NCBI GenBank assembly: GCA_034667725.1
Contig: JAXDQS010000010.1
Coordinates: 128,001-192,000 of the forward strand
DNA length: 64,000 nucleotides
Source: Thermoplasmata archaeon
GTDB taxonomy: Archaea > Thermoplasmatota > E2 > JACPAO01 > JAHFTW01
Reading direction: 5' to 3'
Shown here: positions 61,170 to 64,000 of the stretch, one piece after another
Numbering within the stretch: the stretch's first letter is position 1
Layout of the letters: every line of letters begins with the position of its first letter
The notes under the pieces: model-generated
Told to the model about the DNA's origin: nothing
Seen by the model: the letters and a program-made list of their open reading frames with translations, nothing else
The model's database searches: none
Translations under genes and position numbers: made by a program

Positions 61170-64000
61170 CTAGGCCAGCGCGATGCCTGGCTTGAGGGGG
61201 GCCGCGACGTCCTTCTTCGGATGCTGCGGGGCGGCTGGGTCGTCGGCGGCGTACACCTCGACGGCGGCGAGGCCGAAGTGGCTGGCGAGGAACCCCTTGG
61301 CGCCCGCCAGGATGACGGCCTCGTCGGCCCGGGCGGCCAGCAGGGTCTTCTGGTCGGCGGTGAGCTGCGTCACCTGCGCCGGCAGCTTGCCCGTGAACGC
61401 CTGCACCGGCTTGCCCAGCGCGCGCATCTTGGGGTCGGCCATGACCTCGCCCATGAAGCGGCCCATGGGGAACTTGCCGCCCTCGGCGGCCGCCATCTGG
61501 ACGGCCTTGGCGGCCAGCTCGCGCTTCCAGGCGGGCGTGGTGTAGAGCGCCAGGCTGTGCACGCGCTCGACGCCGGCGAGCCGCTGCACGGTCTGGATGT
61601 CCTCCAGCACGAGGCGGACGTAGGCCTCGGAGGCAAGCGCTGCCGCGTCGACGGGGCCGGGGACCGGGAACGCCGCGGTGGTGGCGAGGCCCTTGCCGCC
61701 GGCCATCTCGTGCATCTCCTCGGCCACGTGCGGCACGATGGGGCAGAGCGCCAGCGCCCACTGCAACAGGACGTCGCGCAGGGCCTGCCGGTTGGCGCCG
61801 CCGCGCCGGGCGTACCAGCGCAGCACCTCGGGCACCTCGTACACGAGGGCGCCCGCCGCGCCGCGCAGGTCGTACGCCTCGTAGGCGTCGCGGGCGTTGG
61901 CGAGCGTGCGCGCGAACGCGGCGGCCAGCCAGGCGTCGGTCGGGTGCGGGCCGCCGTCGGCCGCGAGCGCCTCCTCGGTGGCTCGCAGCAGCCGCTCGAC
62001 GTGGCGGCGGTAGTCGAGCACGATGTCGGGGTCCCACTCGATGTCGACGTGCGGGCTGCCGACGTGGCAGTAGTAGAGCCGCATGGCGTCGACGCCGTAG
62101 CGGGCCGCGGCGCCCGGGATGGGCTCGGCGCCGCCCTTGGACTTGGAGATCTTGGCGCCGGCCTTCTGGGTGACCCACCAGTTGACGAAGATGCCGCGCG
62201 GCCACAGCTTGGGGTCGTCCAGCAGGGCGACCTGGGTCATGATGTAGACCGGGAAGTGGACGGTCTGGTGCTCCTTGCCGCCGAGGTTGAGGTCGACGGG
62301 GCCCCAGTGGAGGACGTCCTTGCGCACCTCGGACCAGAGCGCGCGGGCGGGCTCGCCCTTGCCGTTGAAGACGTGGTCGAAGAAGGCGTCCGTGAGCTCC
62401 TCCTCCCGCAGGCCGCCGTGGGGCGGGTCGGGGTTCCACCGCGACTTGAGGTAGCGGCTCACCAGGTAGAACCACGGGTAGAAGGTGGAGTCGGCGATGG
62501 GCTCGACAATCCAGCCGGGCTTGAACGGGAACTCGGTGCCGAGCCAGGCGCCGCGGCGGACGCAGGCGCGGTCGCCGAACCAGTCGAGGACGTTGGGCAA
62601 TTCGTCCTTGTAGCGCTGCGGGAACACGGCCATGGTGGCGGCGTGCCCCTTCGCGACCCGGGTCCACTCGGGGTCGCCGTAGTGGATGAAGTCCTGGTCG
62701 GGGATGCGCTTGACGTCGACGACCTCGCCGGCGCGCGACACCACCAATTCCGAGAACTGGCGCAGCACCCGCGCCCGCCCCGCCGCAAGGAAATCCTGCT
62801 TGATCTGGTCCTTGACGCCCTTGATGCGCTTGCCCGCGTAGGGGCCGCACGCCTCCGTCAGGACGCCCTTGTTGAACTCCTCGGCGTACAGCTCCTCGGT
62901 GGCGGCCTGCAGCAAGTCCTTGTCGTGCTGGGACTGGACCTTGTGGCGCTCGACGGCCAGCCTCGCGGGGATGCCCTTGGGGGCGCCCTCGACGGTGCAG
63001 ATGACCGGCGGCTCGCCAAGGGTCGCCACCAGGCCGGCGTCGCGGTAGGCCGCGTAGTCGAACGGCGCGTGCGCCGGCACCGACATGACGATCCCGGTCG
63101 CGACCGCCGGGTCCACGAAGGCGCCGGCGACGATGGGCACCTCGCGGCCGCCGGGCTCGGGCTCCATCGGGACCCGGACCTTGTGGCCGATGAGCTGGCG
63201 GGCCGGCACCTTGCGGCCCGTGGCCTCGGCGCGCTCGAACTGCCACTCCAGCTTGCGCTTGCCGGCGGCGGACACCAGCCACAGCTCGCTCGGGTCCTTG
63301 TCGGCCACGGCGCCGTCCTGCCAGACCCGCACCAGGTGGTACTCGGTCTCCGGGTGCATCCAGACGTTGGTGCAGCCGTACACGGTCTCGGGGCGCAGCG
63401 TGGCGCACGGCAGCACCACCCGCTCCTCGTGGACGACGTTGCGGGGCAGCGTGAACTTGAGGGCGACGTACTCCAGGATCTCCGCCGAGCCGCCCTGCTT
63501 GATGTCGGTCTCCGACTTGTCCACTGCGACGGGGCCGGCCACCGGGCAGAACGGGGCATAGTGCGGCTTCTCGATGAGGCGGCCCTTCTGGTGGAGCGCG
63601 CGGAACTGCCATTGGATGAACCGCATGTAGGCCGGGTCGATGGTGGTGACGTTGCGGCGCTCGTCGATGAGGAACCCGAAGCGCTTCCAGTAGTCGTTGG
63701 TGTACACCTTGGCGAAGTAGTCCACCACGGCCTTCGGGTCCGCGAGCGCCTGGATCGGCCCGGTGTAGCCGTTGGCGCGCAGGTAGTCGTCCTTCTCGCC
63801 CCGCTTGACCTCGGCCGCGAACGCCACCGACGGGATGCCCGAGGCGTGGAAGCCGGCCGGGAACAGCACGTCGTGCCCCGTCATCCGCTTGTGGCGCGCG
63901 AACACGTCGGTGTAGGTGAAGCCCCGCATGTGCCCCACGTGCAGGTAGCCCGAGATGCCCGGATACGCGAAATGCAGGAAGAACGTCGGCTTGCCCGACG
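61170..64000 (-). CDS. leuS: Leucine--tRNA ligase, archaeal type (5' end lies outside the window)
   Basis: GYLHVGH, ATLRPET.YG.TN.W, TGIVMSVPAHAPFD, KISKSKG. Confidence 0.95.
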   Translation of the reverse strand, partial: SGKPTFFLHFAYPGISGYLHVGHMRGFTYTDVFARHKRMTGHDVLFPAGFHASGIPSVAFAAEVKRGEKDDYLRANGYTGPIQALADPKAVVDYFAKVYTNDYWKRFGFLIDERRNVTTIDPAYMRFIQWQFRALHQKGRLIEKPHYAPFCPVAGPVAVDKSETDIKQGGSAEILEYVALKFTLPRNVVHEERVVLPCATLRPETVYGCTNVWMHPETEYHLVRVWQDGAVADKDPSELWLVSAAGKRKLEWQFERAEATGRKVPARQLIGHKVRVPMEPEPGGREVPIVAGAFVDPAVATGIVMSVPAHAPFDYAAYRDAGLVATLGEPPVICTVEGAPKGIPARLAVERHKVQSQHDKDLLQAATEELYAEEFNKGVLTEACGPYAGKRIKGVKDQIKQDFLAAGRARVLRQFSELVVSRAGEVVDVKRIPDQDFIHYGDPEWTRVAKGHAATMAVFPQRYKDELPNVLDWFGDRACVRRGAWLGTEFPFKPGWIVEPIADSTFYPWFYLVSRYLKSRWNPDPPHGGLREEELTDAFFDHVFNGKGEPARALWSEVRKDVLHWGPVDLNLGGKEHQTVHFPVYIMTQVALLDDPKLWPRGIFVNWWVTQKAGAKISKSKGGAEPIPGAAARYGVDAMRLYYCHVGSPHVDIEWDPDIVLDYRRHVERLLRATEEALAADGGPHPTDAWLAAAFARTLANARDAYEAYDLRGAAGALVYEVPEVLRWYARRGGANRQALRDVLLQWALALCPIVPHVAEEMHEMAGGKGLATTAAFPVPGPVDAAALASEAYVRLVLEDIQTVQRLAGVERVHSLALYTTPAWKRELAAKAVQMAAAEGGKFPMGRFMGEVMADPKMRALGKPVQAFTGKLPAQVTQLTADQKTLLAARADEAVILAGAKGFLASHFGLAAVEVYAADDPAAPQHPKKDVAAPLKPGIALA

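Overview
High-GC archaeal chromosome segment. aIF-5A, prefoldin beta, TrmI, TFS, PCNA, PriL/PriS and archaeal-type LeuRS make the domain clear. Thermoplasmatota is my inference from gene content and has not been checked. Housekeeping genes (fdx, pyrC, ksgA, NADP phosphatase/NAD kinase, DEAD-box helicase, class II LysRS, tRNA-Arg(CCG), gdh, leuS partial at the right edge) alternate with accessory blocks of secreted, lipid-anchored or TM-anchored surface proteins (~28.6-38.5 kb, 40.5-42.5 kb, 44.1-56.8 kb). Main observations: (1) two paralogous three-gene cassettes, each encoding a small secreted protein ending in a conserved two-Cys loop, a single-pass membrane protein with a cytoplasmic TPR-like tail, and a double winged-HTH regulator, which is a candidate new transmembrane signalling system; (2) a family of ~105-122 bp palindromic mosaic repeats in three intergenic tandem arrays plus a solitary inverted-repeat copy (REP/BIME-like, not CRISPR); (3) an archaeosortase facing an operon led by a DUF3494 ice-binding-family protein with a VPSFPT (PEF-CTERM-like) sorting signal; (4) a 54-bp duplication of the gdh 3' end. 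I saw no integrase, transposase or cas gene. Start codons were picked by eye and all family calls come from motif recognition, not searches.
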